The position numbers and the translations under genes were made by a program. This document shows positions 29,722 to 41,371 of a DNA stretch of 64,000 nucleotides, in pieces (the stretch's first letter is position 1; each line of letters starts with the position of its first letter). The DNA is from Turneriella sp. (lineage in GTDB: Bacteria > Spirochaetota > Leptospiria > Turneriellales > Turneriellaceae), in contig CBDIID010000003.1 in NCBI GenBank assembly GCA_965279515.1, forward strand, positions 3,200,001-3,264,000, written 5' to 3'. Below the pieces are notes generated by a model. The model did not search any database. It saw only the letters and a list, made by a program, of their open reading frames with translations, and was not told the DNA's origin.

Positions 29722-32700
29722 TCTTCACACCCACCTTCAGTTTTGACTCATCGACCATTTCATTCTCTTTCTGCGCCTCATCTTCGAGCGCTGCAAGAGC
29801 CTTCTTATATTCGCCTGGAATGATTTTTTTGAAGTTCTTCAGCTGATTTTTCCAGTCGCCCAGAATCTCTGTCGCCCGTTTCGAGCCCGTGTGCTCTTTG
29901 TGGCGCGTGATCATATGCAAAAGTTCATCCGCATCGCGCTCGACCGTGACATCTTCGATGTCGACGAGCTCCATGTTGACGAACTTCTGGTGCACCTTGT
30001 TCGGATCCCAGATGTAGGCGATGCCGCCCGACATGCCGGCCGCAAAGTTGCGTCCGATAGAACCGAGTACGACAACGCGGCCACCGGTCATGTATTCGAC
30101 GCCGTGGTCGCCTGTGCCTTCGATCACCGCATGCACGCCTGAGTTGCGTACACCAAAACGTTCGCCGGCACGGCCTTCAAAGTAGGCTTCGCCCGAGGTC
30201 GCACCATAAAGGCAGGTGTTGCCGATAATGATATTTTCCGCCGCAGGATAGAGCGTCTTTTCCGGTGTGCGGACGACGAGCTTACCGCCCGAGAGTCCCT
30301 TGCCGCAATAGTCGTTCGCCTGGCCCGAGAGCTTGAGCGTCACGCCTTTCGCGAGGAAACAACCGAAGCTCTGGCCTGCATTGCCTTTCATCTGGATCTG
30401 TATGGTATCGTGCGGCAAACCTTCTTCGCCATAACGTTTTGCGACCTCGCCCGAGAGCATTGCGCCGACAGTGCGGTCGACGTTAGTCACGGGCAGCTGG
30501 ATCGTCACCGGTTCTTGTTTATCGAGCGCAGGTTTAGCCATCTCGATGATACGGTTATCGATCTGTTTATCGATTTCGTGGTTCTGCGCCTTCGTGCGGT
30601 AGAGGTCGGTCTTATAGACCGGCGTCTGTGACACTAAGAGTTTGGAGAGGTCGAGGCCGCGTGCCTTCCAGTGGTCTTTCGGGCGCGTGGTGACGATCTT
30701 TTCTGTGCGGCCAACCATTTCGGAAAGTTTGCGGAAGCCGAGCTTCGCCATGTATTCGCGCACTTCTTCGGCGATATAGAACATGAAGTTCACTACATGC
30801 TCTGGCTTACCGTTGAATTTTTTGCGCAGCTCGGGGTCTTGCGTTGCGACGCCAACCGGGCAAGTATTGAGATGGCACTTGCGCATCATGATGCAACCCA
30901 GGGTTACAAGAGGGGCCGTTGCAAAACCAAACTCTTCGGCGCCGAGCAGGGCAGCGATGACGACGTCACGCCCTGTTTTCATCTGGCCATCCGCCTGAAC
31001 ATAGACGCGGTCTCGCAGGCCATTGACCATCAGTACCTGGTGCGTTTCGGCAAGGCCGAGTTCCCACGGCGTGCCGGCATACTGGATCGAGCTGATGGGC
31101 GATGCACCCGTGCCGCCGTCGTGGCCACTGATGAGAATGTGGTCTGCGTGCGCTTTTGCGACGCCCGCTGCGACCGTACCGACGCCACTTTCGGAAACCA
31201 GTTTCACGGAAATGCGCGCGCGCGGGTTGATGTTCTTCAGATCGAAGATCAGCTGTTTGAGATCTTCGATCGAATAGATGTCGTGGTGTGGCGGCGGCGA
31301 AATCAGTGTCACGCCTGGGGTGGAGTGACGGACTTTGCCGATGATCTTATCGACCTTAAAGCCGGGCAGCTGCCCACCTTCGCCGGGTTTCGCACCCTGC
31401 GCCATTTTAATCTGCAGTTCGTCGGCGTTGATGAGGTAACTCGCGGTGACGCCGAAACGTCCCGAAGCCACCTGTTTGATGGCTGAGCGTAAGCTGTCGC
31501 CGTTTGGCAACGTTACAAAACGTTCTGCGCCTTCGCCGCCCTCGCCGGTGTTAGATTTACCACCGATGCGGTTCATGGCAATCGCGAGGTTGGTATGCGC
31601 CTCCCACGAGATCGAGCCGAAGCTCATCGCGCCTGTGGCGAAACGTTTGACGATTTCTTTTGCCGGTTCGACTTCTTCGATCGGAATCGGCGTTGCTGCA
31701 TAATCAAAGTCGAGCAGCGAGCGCAACGTCACGCGGTGTTTTTCCTGGTTATTAATCGCGGCCGTATATTCCTTGAATGTCTTATAATCCGAGTTGCGCG
31801 TACTGATCTGCAGCTTGGCGACCGTCGTCGGGTTCCAGAGGTGGGCTTCGCCGTCGACACGGTAGTGGTAGAGACCGCCCGATGCCAGCATGCCTTCTTT
31901 CATGAGATCGAAAGCTGCTGTGTGGCGCTGGCGCGCCTCTTCTTCGAGCATCTCGAGGCTCATGCCTTCGACACGGCTCGGTGTGCCCGTGAAGTAGTGT
32001 TCGATCACTTCGCTGTCGAGACCAACTGCCTCGAAGATCTGCGCTCCGCAGTATGACTGCAGGGTTGAGATACCCATCTTGCTGAAGATCTTGAAGAGAC
32101 CCTTGCCGATGGCCTTGCGGTAGTTCTTCTCGATATAAGTCGACTCTTTGAGCTCGGGCATGAAGCCGATGGTGTAGAGGTCGTGCAGCGTCTCATAGGC
32201 GAGATAAGGATTGATCGCGTTGGCGCCATAACCCAGCAGTAAGCCAAAATGGTGCACCTCGCGCGCTTCACCGCTTTCGAGTACAATGCCCGTGCGTGTT
32301 CTCAGGCCCGCTTTGATGAGCGCGTGGTGAACCGCCGCGACTCCCAAGAGGCTCGGTATTGGCGCGATTTCTTTATTCACACCGCGGTCGGTGAGAATCA
32401 CGATATTCGTGCCTTGTTTGACTGCCTCGCAGACCGCCGCGCAGATTTTATCCATCTGCGTGCGCATGTCGTTCTTTTTCGCCGGATTGAAATGCAGCGA
32501 GAAAACTTTCGCCGAAAATTCGCCCTCGGCGATCTCTTTCAGCTGTTGCAGCTGGCTGTTTTCGAGAATGGGATGCGGCAGTTCGATGCGGTGTGCGTGC
32601 TGCGGCGTTTCATCGAGCAGGTTCTGCTCAGGACCGATATAGGTCGTGAGTTCCATGACCAGCTCTTCGCGTATCGCGTCGACCGGTGGGTTCGTGACCT

Positions 32701-34297
32701 GCGCGAACAACTGCTTGAAATAACGGTAGAGCAGCTGGGGCTTTTCAGAGAGCACAGCCAGGGCCGCATCGGTACCCATAGAGCCGATGGCTTCCTGACC
32801 CGTCACCACCATGGGTTTGAGGACAGTCAGCAAATCTTCTTTGGTGTAGCCAAAGATACGCTGGCGTTCCAGCATCGTCTTATGCTCGGTCTTTGTTTCT
32901 ACCTTCGGCTGGGGCAGGTCGGCAAACTTGATCATGTTATCTTTGACCCATTTGCCGTACGGTTGCTGCTTGACGATTTTGTCTTTCGCCTCGTCGTCAG
33001 AGATAATGCGGTGCTCTGAGATATCGATGAGGAACATCCGCCCCGGTTCCAGTTTGCCACTCAGAACAATTTCTTCGGGCGGCACGGGGAGTAATCCCAC
33101 CTCTGAGGCCATAATGACAATGTCATCTTTGGTCTTGATGTAGCGCGCGGGACGCAGGCCGTTGCGGTCGAGCGTCGCGCCGATGATATTGCCGTCTGTG
33201 AAGGCGACGGCTGCAGGGCCGTCCCATGGTTCCATCATCGTCGCGTGGTATTCGTAGAAGTCGCGGCGTTCTTCGCTCATGAGGTCGTTCTTCGACCACG
33301 CCTCGGGGATCATCATCATGATCGCGTGCGGTAACGAGCGCCCGCTCATCACCAGAAGTTCGAGCACGGTGTCAAAGGTCGCAGAGTCGGATTGCCCTTC
33401 CATGACGATCGGCAGCATACGCTTCAGGTCGGGGCCGTAGTGTGGCGACTCCATCACTGCTTCGCGTGTCTTCATCCAGTTGATGTTGCCGCGCAGCGTG
33501 TTGATCTCGCCGTTGTGCGCGATCATGCGGAACGGGTGTGCGAGATCCCATGTCGGGAAGGTATTGGTCGAGAAGCGCATGTGGATCAGCGCGAGCGCCG
33601 ACTTCATTTCTTTGTGGCGCAGGTCTTTGAAGAATGCGGGCACCTGGGCGGCGAGCAGCATGCCCTTGTAGACGATGGTGCGGCTGCTGCATGACGGCAC
33701 GTAATATTGCGCGCGGTTGAGCTTGAGTTCCATGCGGATGCGGTGGTCAATCACACGGCGCACCAGATAGAGGCGGCGTTCAAAATCGTCTGCGCTGCCC
33801 TTGAACTTGCCGCGGCCGATGAAACCGTGTACAACGTAAGGCAGGGTCAGCTTCGCGCCATAACCGGGCACGTTGTCATCGACCGGCACTTTACGCCATC
33901 CCAGAAATTCCAGGTCTTCGTCGACGACGATTTTTTCGAAAATATTTTCAGCTTGTTTGCGGAGTGCCTTGTCTTGTGGCATGAAAATGAATGCCACACC
34001 GTATTCGCCCTCTTTGGGCAGCGTGATCTTCGCTTCGGCGGCGGCGACCTTCATGAAGTCGTGCGGCATTTGCATCAGAATGCCAGCGCCGTCGCCGGTT
34101 TCGGGGTCAGCGCCCACCGCACCGCGGTGTTCGAGGTTCATGAGCATCGAAAGTGCCTTGTCGACAATGTCGCGGCTTTTACCGCCTTTCAGGTCGGCGA
34201 TAAAACCGACTCCACACGAGTCCTTTTCGAACTGTGGGTCATACATACCCTTTGCGCCGGGAATGTGCGGGTTTGGCTGTATTTCTGTATTGCTCAT
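29714..34297 (-). CDS. gltB: Glutamate synthase large subunit
   Basis: [49 protein letters not shown] before ATG 34297. Confidence 0.97.
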   Translation of the reverse strand: MSNTEIQPNPHIPGAKGMYDPQFEKDSCGVGFIADLKGGKSRDIVDKALSMLMNLEHRGAVGADPETGDGAGILMQMPHDFMKVAAAEAKITLPKEGEYGVAFIFMPQDKALRKQAENIFEKIVVDEDLEFLGWRKVPVDDNVPGYGAKLTLPYVVHGFIGRGKFKGSADDFERRLYLVRRVIDHRIRMELKLNRAQYYVPSCSSRTIVYKGMLLAAQVPAFFKDLRHKEMKSALALIHMRFSTNTFPTWDLAHPFRMIAHNGEINTLRGNINWMKTREAVMESPHYGPDLKRMLPIVMEGQSDSATFDTVLELLVMSGRSLPHAIMMMIPEAWSKNDLMSEERRDFYEYHATMMEPWDGPAAVAFTDGNIIGATLDRNGLRPARYIKTKDDIVIMASEVGLLPVPPEEIVLSGKLEPGRMFLIDISEHRIISDDEAKDKIVKQQPYGKWVKDNMIKFADLPQPKVETKTEHKTMLERQRIFGYTKEDLLTVLKPMVVTGQEAIGSMGTDAALAVLSEKPQLLYRYFKQLFAQVTNPPVDAIREELVMELTTYIGPEQNLLDETPQHAHRIELPHPILENSQLQQLKEIAEGEFSAKVFSLHFNPAKKNDMRTQMDKICAAVCEAVKQGTNIVILTDRGVNKEIAPIPSLLGVAAVHHALIKAGLRTRTGIVLESGEAREVHHFGLLLGYGANAINPYLAYETLHDLYTIGFMPELKESTYIEKNYRKAIGKGLFKIFSKMGISTLQSYCGAQIFEAVGLDSEVIEHYFTGTPSRVEGMSLEMLEEEARQRHTAAFDLMKEGMLASGGLYHYRVDGEAHLWNPTTVAKLQISTRNSDYKTFKEYTAAINNQEKHRVTLRSLLDFDYAATPIPIEEVEPAKEIVKRFATGAMSFGSISWEAHTNLAIAMNRIGGKSNTGEGGEGAERFVTLPNGDSLRSAIKQVASGRFGVTASYLINADELQIKMAQGAKPGEGGQLPGFKVDKIIGKVRHSTPGVTLISPPPHHDIYSIEDLKQLIFDLKNINPRARISVKLVSESGVGTVAAGVAKAHADHILISGHDGGTGASPISSIQYAGTPWELGLAETHQVLMVNGLRDRVYVQADGQMKTGRDVVIAALLGAEEFGFATAPLVTLGCIMMRKCHLNTCPVGVATQDPELRKKFNGKPEHVVNFMFYIAEEVREYMAKLGFRKLSEMVGRTEKIVTTRPKDHWKARGLDLSKLLVSQTPVYKTDLYRTKAQNHEIDKQIDNRIIEMAKPALDKQEPVTIQLPVTNVDRTVGAMLSGEVAKRYGEEGLPHDTIQIQMKGNAGQSFGCFLAKGVTLKLSGQANDYCGKGLSGGKLVVRTPEKTLYPAAENIIIGNTCLYGATSGEAYFEGRAGERFGVRNSGVHAVIEGTGDHGVEYMTGGRVVVLGSIGRNFAAGMSGGIAYIWDPNKVHQKFVNMELVDIEDVTVERDADELLHMITRHKEHTGSKRATEILGDWKNQLKNFKKIIPGEYKKALAALEDEAQKENEMVDESKLKVGVKNG

Positions 34298-34406
34298 GTT
34301 CCCTCCGTCTACATGCATTTTCACGCGATCAAACCTTATCATAAAATGCTTTTGACACACCGCGTCAATCGGTTGAAAGCCGATATGCCGGGGTAAACCA
34401 GTCGCC

Positions 34407-34423
34407 AGCAAGGTTTGTACCAA
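34407..34423 (-). promoter_or_regulatory. Putative sigma-54 (-24/-12) promoter of gltBD
   Basis: Minus strand TTGGTACAAACCTTGCT (GG-N10-GC), close to TGGCACN5TTGC. Confidence 0.55.
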
Positions 34424-34476
34424 GCCTTGCCCGTGCGCATACCCAACTTATTTCGGGTGCGCCTGAGTAGAACAGG

Positions 34477-36429
34477 CTAAGCCTTTTGAGCCGGAACCAT
34501 CAAACCGTATTTGAGCATTTTGGCTTTGAGCGTATTGATGGTTATTCCGAGCTCCCGGCGGGTGCGGTTTTTGTTGAAATTATTCTTTGTCAGAAACTGG
34601 GCTATCAGTGTCCGCTCGCCGGCTTCGAGGGGACTTAGCTGCCCCTCTGTAGCCGGCAGGCGGCGCAACAGCGGAATCTCGGCGATTTCCCGGGACACTG
34701 AAGTCGCAACGGCGATCTCGATACTTTCCCGCAACTCGGCGATATTCCCGGGCCAGGAATGTCTTCTGAGTTTTTGCATCACCGCCACAGAAAACTCCGG
34801 CGGCGTATGTCCCGTTGCCTGCGCGGCTTTGCGCGCAAAGAGAAGCGCGAGAAATTCCGTATCCTGGGGGCGACTGCGCAGGGGGATGGATTTTAGTGCC
34901 AGAGTGTCTAGCCGTGCAAGCAGACCCTGCTCTGTGATTTTTGAACTGAGATTTTCGGAGGCCGTCAGGTAAAAACGTATCTGATCCGAAAACATATCGA
35001 CGAGTGTCCAGAGCGTTTTCATTCCCTCCACACCAAGTTCATCGCAATGGCGGATCAGCACTGCGGTATCACCCGTTTTCGCTGCGGTGATTGCTTCGAG
35101 GCTTTTCTGATGGATTGTTTCGACGGTGTCGAGTCTGCCGGAGCGCTCCAGAAGTTTTTTTCCACCGCGCCGATGGTGCAGGGCGCGGCAAAGCATCGCC
35201 TTACCGGTTGACGCTTCGCCGGTGATAACGACCGGTTGGGTCAGCGCCTGGCGCCTGGCCAGTTGTTGCAGCAGTTGAAAAAACTCTGGCGTCGCGCAGA
35301 TCATTTCCTGTCCCCAGAATTCTGAGAATTCCGCGAGGTTTTCATCGACAGCTGCGTAGGTTGACATGCCTGGTTGCCCGACTTTAGGGGTCCTGGCTAT
35401 TTCGTCACTCAGCCATTTTTCCTGTAGCAGGCTCTCTGCGCGTATCAGGGAAAAAAACATTCTCTGGTTCTCTGTATAAAGATGCTGCAACGAATTGGTG
35501 AGGCTCCGCGCGACCACAGAGTGGTTTGGCGATTCCAGCCTGTTTCCCGCGGTATGTTCGAGAGTTACCTGAATCAACGTCCCCGGTTTGACGCGGAAGG
35601 TAATCCGCCGTGAAATCTGTTCAGCACCTTTATGCAGCAGGCTGCGCAGGCCCTGGATGACTTCGCGGAGAGCCACCTGATTGTCTTCGTGCAGGCTTAA
35701 CCCTTGACCCAGCAGGCGTGCAAATTCGCGTTTCAGGCTAATCGCCTCACTATTTGCAAGCAGGTAAAGCACCGTGGCGAAAAAAAGCATGGGGAATATG
35801 CCGCCCAGAATGGAAAGGTAGGATTTTTGGGTGATCGCGGGAATAAGCCCGTTGGTGATCGTCATGCAGACAAAAATGAAACCACTGACTGCAAGCGTCG
35901 CGCCGATCTGGAATTTTTGAAACGGGATGCGACACCTGCGCCAGGAAAGGTAGAAGAGTCCGATAGCAGTAAGGCCCACCGTGGCAAGAAATGCAATGAG
36001 GGGCAGATGGAGTATTCCATGTACCGCCTGGAATTTCGGATAATGATCCAAAATCGCCACATCTACGATGATGAGCGGCGTCGCCATGGCCATAATCGCC
36101 GCGGCAAGTAGTGATGCCTGTATGAAACGGAAGACCAGGTGTTTGCTCCATGCCGGATTACCTCCGAAGGCAACGACAAAGAAACCAAAAGCACTGTGTA
36201 TCAAGATTCCCGAGGTGAAAATAACCCTCGTCAATAAGAGGGGATTTGAGTCACCCAGCGGGCTTAACCATTTTGCGAACAAGGCGTTGAAGTAAATGGC
36301 TCCGGCGCCCAAAAGATACAAAAAGGCAAACCTGAGATTCCGGTTTGGAATTTTCCTGATTGCCCATAAAAAGAAGAGGGCAGAACAGAGGTCAAAAATA
36401 ATCCACCAGCCAAATGCAAGTAAATTCAT
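34477..36429 (-). CDS. Membrane-anchored regulator: 7TM (HisKA_7TM-like) sensor plus degenerate sigma54-type AAA+ domain plus Fis HTH
   Basis: ~7 N-terminal TM helices; ITGEASTGK, IPLRSRPQD, HSWPGNIAEL; C-terminal NNFNKNRTRRELGITINTLKAKM; no GAFTGA. Confidence 0.8.
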   Translation of the reverse strand: MNLLAFGWWIIFDLCSALFFLWAIRKIPNRNLRFAFLYLLGAGAIYFNALFAKWLSPLGDSNPLLLTRVIFTSGILIHSAFGFFVVAFGGNPAWSKHLVFRFIQASLLAAAIMAMATPLIIVDVAILDHYPKFQAVHGILHLPLIAFLATVGLTAIGLFYLSWRRCRIPFQKFQIGATLAVSGFIFVCMTITNGLIPAITQKSYLSILGGIFPMLFFATVLYLLANSEAISLKREFARLLGQGLSLHEDNQVALREVIQGLRSLLHKGAEQISRRITFRVKPGTLIQVTLEHTAGNRLESPNHSVVARSLTNSLQHLYTENQRMFFSLIRAESLLQEKWLSDEIARTPKVGQPGMSTYAAVDENLAEFSEFWGQEMICATPEFFQLLQQLARRQALTQPVVITGEASTGKAMLCRALHHRRGGKKLLERSGRLDTVETIHQKSLEAITAAKTGDTAVLIRHCDELGVEGMKTLWTLVDMFSDQIRFYLTASENLSSKITEQGLLARLDTLALKSIPLRSRPQDTEFLALLFARKAAQATGHTPPEFSVAVMQKLRRHSWPGNIAELRESIEIAVATSVSREIAEIPLLRRLPATEGQLSPLEAGERTLIAQFLTKNNFNKNRTRRELGITINTLKAKMLKYGLMVPAQKA

Positions 36430-37682
36430 AAGCGTACCTTCTCTATGATCAGACTTGAATTGATGCCGCCAATACCGTGCGCGTTGATGAGCACTCCGGA
36501 AACTTCGCTGGGCCTCGATTGCTTTGAAACGTTCATTTCACAGGCAGGGTCGGGATGCTCCAGATTGAATGTGCCAGGGATGTTTTGATGCTCTATCGCC
36601 AACGCAGAGGCCGCTACCTGCATAGCACCTGCCACGGAAAATCCCTGACCGACCGCTCCTTTGATCGAGGCCGTGGGAATCGTTTTACCCTTACTGCCGA
36701 AAACCATCCCGATGGCAGTGGCCTCGGCGGCATCCGAATGTTTATCTGATGGCGCATGCGCGTTGATAAAGTTTATTTCCGTTCCTGAACCCTGGCCATG
36801 AAACAGGTTCTTTAGGTGCTCTGCCCAGCGCTGTCCCGTAGCGTCGAGCATGTAGAGCTCGTTGACATTCTCTGCCGATTGCCTGTAACCGGTGATTTCA
36901 GCGTAGATGCGGGCGCCCCGCGAAATTGCGTATTCCATATCCTCGAGAATAAATACCGCCGCCCCTTCACCGAGGGCCCTTTTAGTCCTGCGCTCATCAA
37001 ACGGGCAAACAGCATCTTCGGCCGTGAGCCCGGTAGTGAGGAAGCGAGCAGCGCAGAAGGCTCCGTATACCATGCGATTGATCGGTGTGTCGACCGAGCC
37101 GGAGATTGCAATATCTGCCTCCCCTGATCGGATGCGATGGTATGCGTGCCCGAGAGCATTAATCGCGCTGGCGCAGGCTGTAGTTACTGTTGTCACATAG
37201 GATTCGACGCCGTGGGTAAGGGCAATAGCGCAGGCGGGGGCATTTGCGAATGCTTTCGTCATGGCCAGGGGATCGAGAATGCCGGGATCGTACCTGCTTC
37301 CCCGGGAAGGACTTTTCATAATTTCCTTTTCGATCACGTCGAACGCGCTCGTGCCCGTGCCCATGATCACGTCGGTGCGATAAGGATCAAACCCCTTTAA
37401 TCCCGAATCGCTGATCGCTTCTTCTGCCGCAATCAGCGCGAACTGGGTGGCGCGCGAAAAACGTTTTGCCGTCTTCGCCGGCAAGTAACGCGTCGCATCG
37501 AAATCTGAAATCTCACCCGCGAGCCGGCTGGGATACGTTTCCGCGTCGAATAGTGTGATCGGCTTAATGCCGGTTTTGCCCGCGAGCAGGTTATCCCAGA
37601 ATGGCTGTTTTCCGATACCGATTGGCGAAACAACACCGATGCCCGTCAGGGCGACGCGAATCGGTGATGTTAACTTACCCAT
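36426..37682 (-). CDS. Divergent FabF-like beta-ketoacyl synthase
   Basis: RVALTGIGVVSPIG, TTACAS, PFD, GEGA, INAHAPS, SIKGAVGQ, NAHGIGGINSSL. Confidence 0.9.
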   Translation of the reverse strand: MGKLTSPIRVALTGIGVVSPIGIGKQPFWDNLLAGKTGIKPITLFDAETYPSRLAGEISDFDATRYLPAKTAKRFSRATQFALIAAEEAISDSGLKGFDPYRTDVIMGTGTSAFDVIEKEIMKSPSRGSRYDPGILDPLAMTKAFANAPACAIALTHGVESYVTTVTTACASAINALGHAYHRIRSGEADIAISGSVDTPINRMVYGAFCAARFLTTGLTAEDAVCPFDERRTKRALGEGAAVFILEDMEYAISRGARIYAEITGYRQSAENVNELYMLDATGQRWAEHLKNLFHGQGSGTEINFINAHAPSDKHSDAAEATAIGMVFGSKGKTIPTASIKGAVGQGFSVAGAMQVAASALAIEHQNIPGTFNLEHPDPACEMNVSKQSRPSEVSGVLINAHGIGGINSSLIIEKVRL

Positions 37683-38578
37683 TACCTAAAGAAGAGTTTC
37701 ACCGAGAGCGACGTCAAAAGCGACAGGGGGATGCCCACCGAGAGCATCGCGGCCACGAGGGGCGGGTTGAGGTTCCTCTGCATCGCGATGATGCCACCCG
37801 TAATCATGGGGCCCATCGCGGCTTCGAGAACGACGATCTTTTTCAGGTCAAGGTTGTAGGCAAAGGCTGTGTAGATAAGGTAAATCGCGACAGGCGCCAG
37901 TACGAGTTTAAATCCTAAGCCGTAGCTGAGCTCTTTGACAAATTTTTTCAGTTGTTTGGCTTCCCATTGAAAGCCGACCGAAATCAGCGCCAGGGGGGCG
38001 AGGGTGTCTGACAGGCGCTCAGCCACGGTGAAGACAAGTTCAATCGGGCGCAGGCGCTGGAAGATAAACGCAAGAATCAGCGCGATAAAGGGCGGAAAAA
38101 GCAGCAGGTCTTTGACGGCAGTCTTCAGGTTGAACTCGCCGATGCGCAAAAAATCCACCAAAGGAATGACGACGACCGCCAGCAGGAGAAAAGTTCCCAT
38201 CTGGTCGATGATGACTGCTACGGGAATATACTGCTTGCCGTAGAGGGCTTCGATCACTGGAATTCCGACGAACGAGGTATTGGCGAGACCAGCCGTAAGA
38301 ATGAGAGCCAGCGTTGTATTGCGGTTGAAAACCTTCAGGCGCTCCAGCGCAAGAAAGATCAGAGCCGCGAGACCGAACATAATCCAGGGCATGAGCGCAG
38401 CGCTGAAGTATGCGGGCGTCATGGGAATAATGCGCAGCGATTTGATGACGAGAGCCGGCAGTGAGACATAGATGATGAAGTTGTTGAGGACGAGATGAGC
38501 ATTCTCGGGCAACTTCTTGAAGCGACGCAGGACAATACCGGTCAGAAAACTGACACCGATCAGAACGAGTACAGGCAT
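37682..38578 (-). CDS. AEC (auxin efflux carrier) family transporter
   Basis: LNNFIIYVSLPAL, NTSFVGIPVIEALYG, PLALISVG, KLVLAP, LEAAMGP. Confidence 0.9.
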   Translation of the reverse strand: MPVLVLIGVSFLTGIVLRRFKKLPENAHLVLNNFIIYVSLPALVIKSLRIIPMTPAYFSAALMPWIMFGLAALIFLALERLKVFNRNTTLALILTAGLANTSFVGIPVIEALYGKQYIPVAVIIDQMGTFLLLAVVVIPLVDFLRIGEFNLKTAVKDLLLFPPFIALILAFIFQRLRPIELVFTVAERLSDTLAPLALISVGFQWEAKQLKKFVKELSYGLGFKLVLAPVAIYLIYTAFAYNLDLKKIVVLEAAMGPMITGGIIAMQRNLNPPLVAAMLSVGIPLSLLTSLSVKLFFR

Positions 38579-38579
38579 A

Positions 38580-39683
38580 TCAAGTTAACGAATCGTACTG
38601 CGCGGTCTGCGCGATCAGAAACTGATCGACCAGCACAAGCGCGAGCATCGCTTCGACAATCGGCACCGCGCGGGGCAGCACGCAGGGGTCGTGACGCCCC
38701 TTGACCTTCAGCATCACACTCTCGCCGCGCTCATTGACAGACGGCTGTTCGTGGCTGATCGTCGCGGTCGGCTTGAAGGCGACGCGGATATCGATCGGCA
38801 TACCGTTCGAGATACCGCCTTGTATGCCACCCGAGTAGTTGGTCTTTGTGCGCACCTTGCCATTCTGCATTTCAAAAATATCGTTGTGTTCGCTGCCAGT
38901 CATCGCCGCCGAAGAAAATCCGCTGCCAATCTCGATACCTTTCGTCGCGGGGATTGCCAGCATCGCGCGCGCAATGAGTGCGTCGAGGCGGTCGAATACC
39001 GGGTCGCCCCAACCGGCAGGCACACCGACCGCATGGCAGGTCACGACGCCGCCCAGGGAGTCACCCGCCTGGCGGGTGTCTTGAATCAGCCGCGTCATTT
39101 TTTCCGCGAGCTCGGCGTCGGGCACACGCACGGCATTCGCTTCAATCTTTTCACGCGCCGCCTCGACCTGGGCGAGATCGACAGCGCCCTTATAAAGAAG
39201 ATCTTTGATTTGTGAAACATAGCCGACGATTTCAACGCCTGCCTTTTCGCGGAGGATCTTCTTCGCCACGGCGCCCGCAGCGACGACGCCAATCGTGGCG
39301 CGCGCCGAGGAGCGCCCGCCGCCGCGCCATGCGCGGTGTTTGTAACGTTCGTGGTAGGTGAAGTCGGCGTGGCTGGGACGGAAAACTTCTTTGATATCGC
39401 TGTAATCTTTTTCGCGCGCGTTTTCATTAAAAACAGCCACCGCAATCGGGCTACCCACGGTTTTGTCTTCAAAGGTGCCCGAGAGAATTTTGACGCGGTC
39501 AGGTTCGTCGCGCGGCGTTGTGATGCGGCTCTGGCCGGGTCGGCGGCGGTTCATATCGGGCTGTATATCTGCCGCGGTGAGCGGCATGCCCGCCGGGCAG
39601 TTCTCGATCACACAGCCCAGCGCTTCGCCGTGTGATTCACCGTAGGTCGTGACGCGGAAAAGCCTTCCGATCGAGCTGCCCAT
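38580..39683 (-). CDS. aroC: Chorismate synthase
   Basis: [47 protein letters not shown]. Confidence 0.97.
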   Translation of the reverse strand: MGSSIGRLFRVTTYGESHGEALGCVIENCPAGMPLTAADIQPDMNRRRPGQSRITTPRDEPDRVKILSGTFEDKTVGSPIAVAVFNENAREKDYSDIKEVFRPSHADFTYHERYKHRAWRGGGRSSARATIGVVAAGAVAKKILREKAGVEIVGYVSQIKDLLYKGAVDLAQVEAAREKIEANAVRVPDAELAEKMTRLIQDTRQAGDSLGGVVTCHAVGVPAGWGDPVFDRLDALIARAMLAIPATKGIEIGSGFSSAAMTGSEHNDIFEMQNGKVRTKTNYSGGIQGGISNGMPIDIRVAFKPTATISHEQPSVNERGESVMLKVKGRHDPCVLPRAVPIVEAMLALVLVDQFLIAQTAQYDSLT

Positions 39684-39770
39684 GGGGCTTTGTCGCGAAG
39701 CGCGAGAGGTTGTAAAACACTCCGCTAAAGCCGTGACCGAATATCTGATAGTGCGAATCTTGCCGCAGGC

Positions 39771-40895
39771 ATGCACCTGACTCCCTATATCTCGGCGATC
39801 AGCCTCGGCGTTTTAGTCTTTCTTGCGGTATTATTGCTGATCGACAGGCAGCGTGCGCCGGGGACGCGTTATCTTTTCGCGCTACTCGTCATTCTCGGTT
39901 CGATCATCGCCACACGGCTGGTTTTTCACCTGGGGAGCGAGCTGCTGATTTACATGCCATTTTTTGTTTTCCCGGCGATTTTTTCCTATGCGCCGAGCGC
40001 CTACCTTTATTGCGAAGAGGCGCTGTTCAACCGCCGGCCGGGCAAGACACTTTGGCTGGGATTAACCATTGCCCCGCTTTCGGCGCTCTGCGTGCACCTT
40101 TTTTTCCACTTCAGATTTGCAGAGCTGCGCGACGTGGCCCAGGTCACTACACAGGGCGGCGTCATCGCTACCTACAGCCGTATTCTGTTTGGGGCCGCCG
40201 TGCTCTACAATGCGGTTTTTTTAATGCTCACGTGGCGCAATATCCATATCTACAACCGCGCCTATAAAGAAAATTTTGCGGGGGCTGACCGCGATCAGCT
40301 GCAATGGTTCCGCATCTTTTTGCTGTTGAACCTGTTTCTGGTCGTTAGTTTTTTGTGTAGCCTCTTCGTGATCTGGTTCTACGATCTCAGGATTCCGTCG
40401 ACGCCGCTCGAGGGCTTCGTTGCACTGATCCTGATTTACGTCATTCTCTATTATTTTATCCGCAAACCTGCGATCTTCACATTGCCGGCAGTCACGCAGG
40501 AAACAAACAAGAGCGACAGGTCGGCAAAATACCGGAAGCAGAATTTATCGGATGCCGAACGCAAGGTATACCTGGCAAAGATCGAAAAATACCTGGCGGA
40601 AGAAAAACCCTTTCTCGATGACAAGGTGACACTCGCCTCGTTGTCGCGGGAACTCGGTATTCCGGCGCACCATTTTTCGATGGTCATCAACATCGAACGC
40701 AACACGAATTTTTATCACTTCATCAACGCCTACCGCGTCGAAGAAGCCAAATCACTGCTGACGCGTGCTGATATGGATGACGAAACTGTGCTAGACATCG
40801 GCCTCATGGCAGGGTTTCAGTCGAAGGCGGGGTTCAATAAAGTCTTCAAGGAAATCACAGGGAAAACGCCGAGTGAATTCAGGGAAAAAAAATGA
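39771..40895 (+). CDS. Membrane-anchored AraC-family regulator
   Basis: Multi-TM N-terminus; [49 protein letters not shown]. Confidence 0.92.
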   Translation: MHLTPYISAISLGVLVFLAVLLLIDRQRAPGTRYLFALLVILGSIIATRLVFHLGSELLIYMPFFVFPAIFSYAPSAYLYCEEALFNRRPGKTLWLGLTIAPLSALCVHLFFHFRFAELRDVAQVTTQGGVIATYSRILFGAAVLYNAVFLMLTWRNIHIYNRAYKENFAGADRDQLQWFRIFLLLNLFLVVSFLCSLFVIWFYDLRIPSTPLEGFVALILIYVILYYFIRKPAIFTLPAVTQETNKSDRSAKYRKQNLSDAERKVYLAKIEKYLAEEKPFLDDKVTLASLSRELGIPAHHFSMVINIERNTNFYHFINAYRVEEAKSLLTRADMDDETVLDIGLMAGFQSKAGFNKVFKEITGKTPSEFREKK

Positions 40896-41341
40896 ATCTA
40901 CGTCCTGCTGCCCGGGACGATTTGCCGCGACTAGCGCAGATGAACAAACAGCTCATCGAAGACGAAGGTCATCGCAATGCCATGGATCTCGCTGATTTGC
41001 AGAAGCGTATGGCTGGCTGGGTCGATTCGGTAGAGTATACGGTACAAATTTTTGAAGCGGACAGCACTACGGTGGGTTATTGTGTCTACAAAGATGCGGA
41101 GGACCATATTTATCTGCGGCAGTTTTTCATTGGCCGCGAATTTCGTCGCCGCGGATTCGGTACCGCGGCGCTCGCGCGGCTGGCGCAGATCTGGCCTGGG
41201 CGCCGTCTGCGTCTCGACGTTCTGTCGGGGAATGAGACAGGAATCCAGTTTTGGCAGGCGAGCGGCTTCAGTGAATATGCCTACATTCTCGAGCGTTTAC
41301 TTCCGGGAGAATCGGTATTCCGGCACCTAAAGAAGAATTGA
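40892..41341 (+). CDS. GNAT-family acetyltransferase
   Basis: FFIGREFRRRGFG motif A; N..GIQFWQASGF; ATGA overlap. Confidence 0.9.
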   Translation: MNLRPAARDDLPRLAQMNKQLIEDEGHRNAMDLADLQKRMAGWVDSVEYTVQIFEADSTTVGYCVYKDAEDHIYLRQFFIGREFRRRGFGTAALARLAQIWPGRRLRLDVLSGNETGIQFWQASGFSEYAYILERLLPGESVFRHLKKN

Positions 41342-41371
41342 CGCCGCCCGGTAGCGGCTAAAGCCACCGGT

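Noticed and set aside
34298..34423. Upstream TTG start for gltB
   Set aside because: SD GGAGGG supports 34297; the TTG is part of the sigma-54-like motif.
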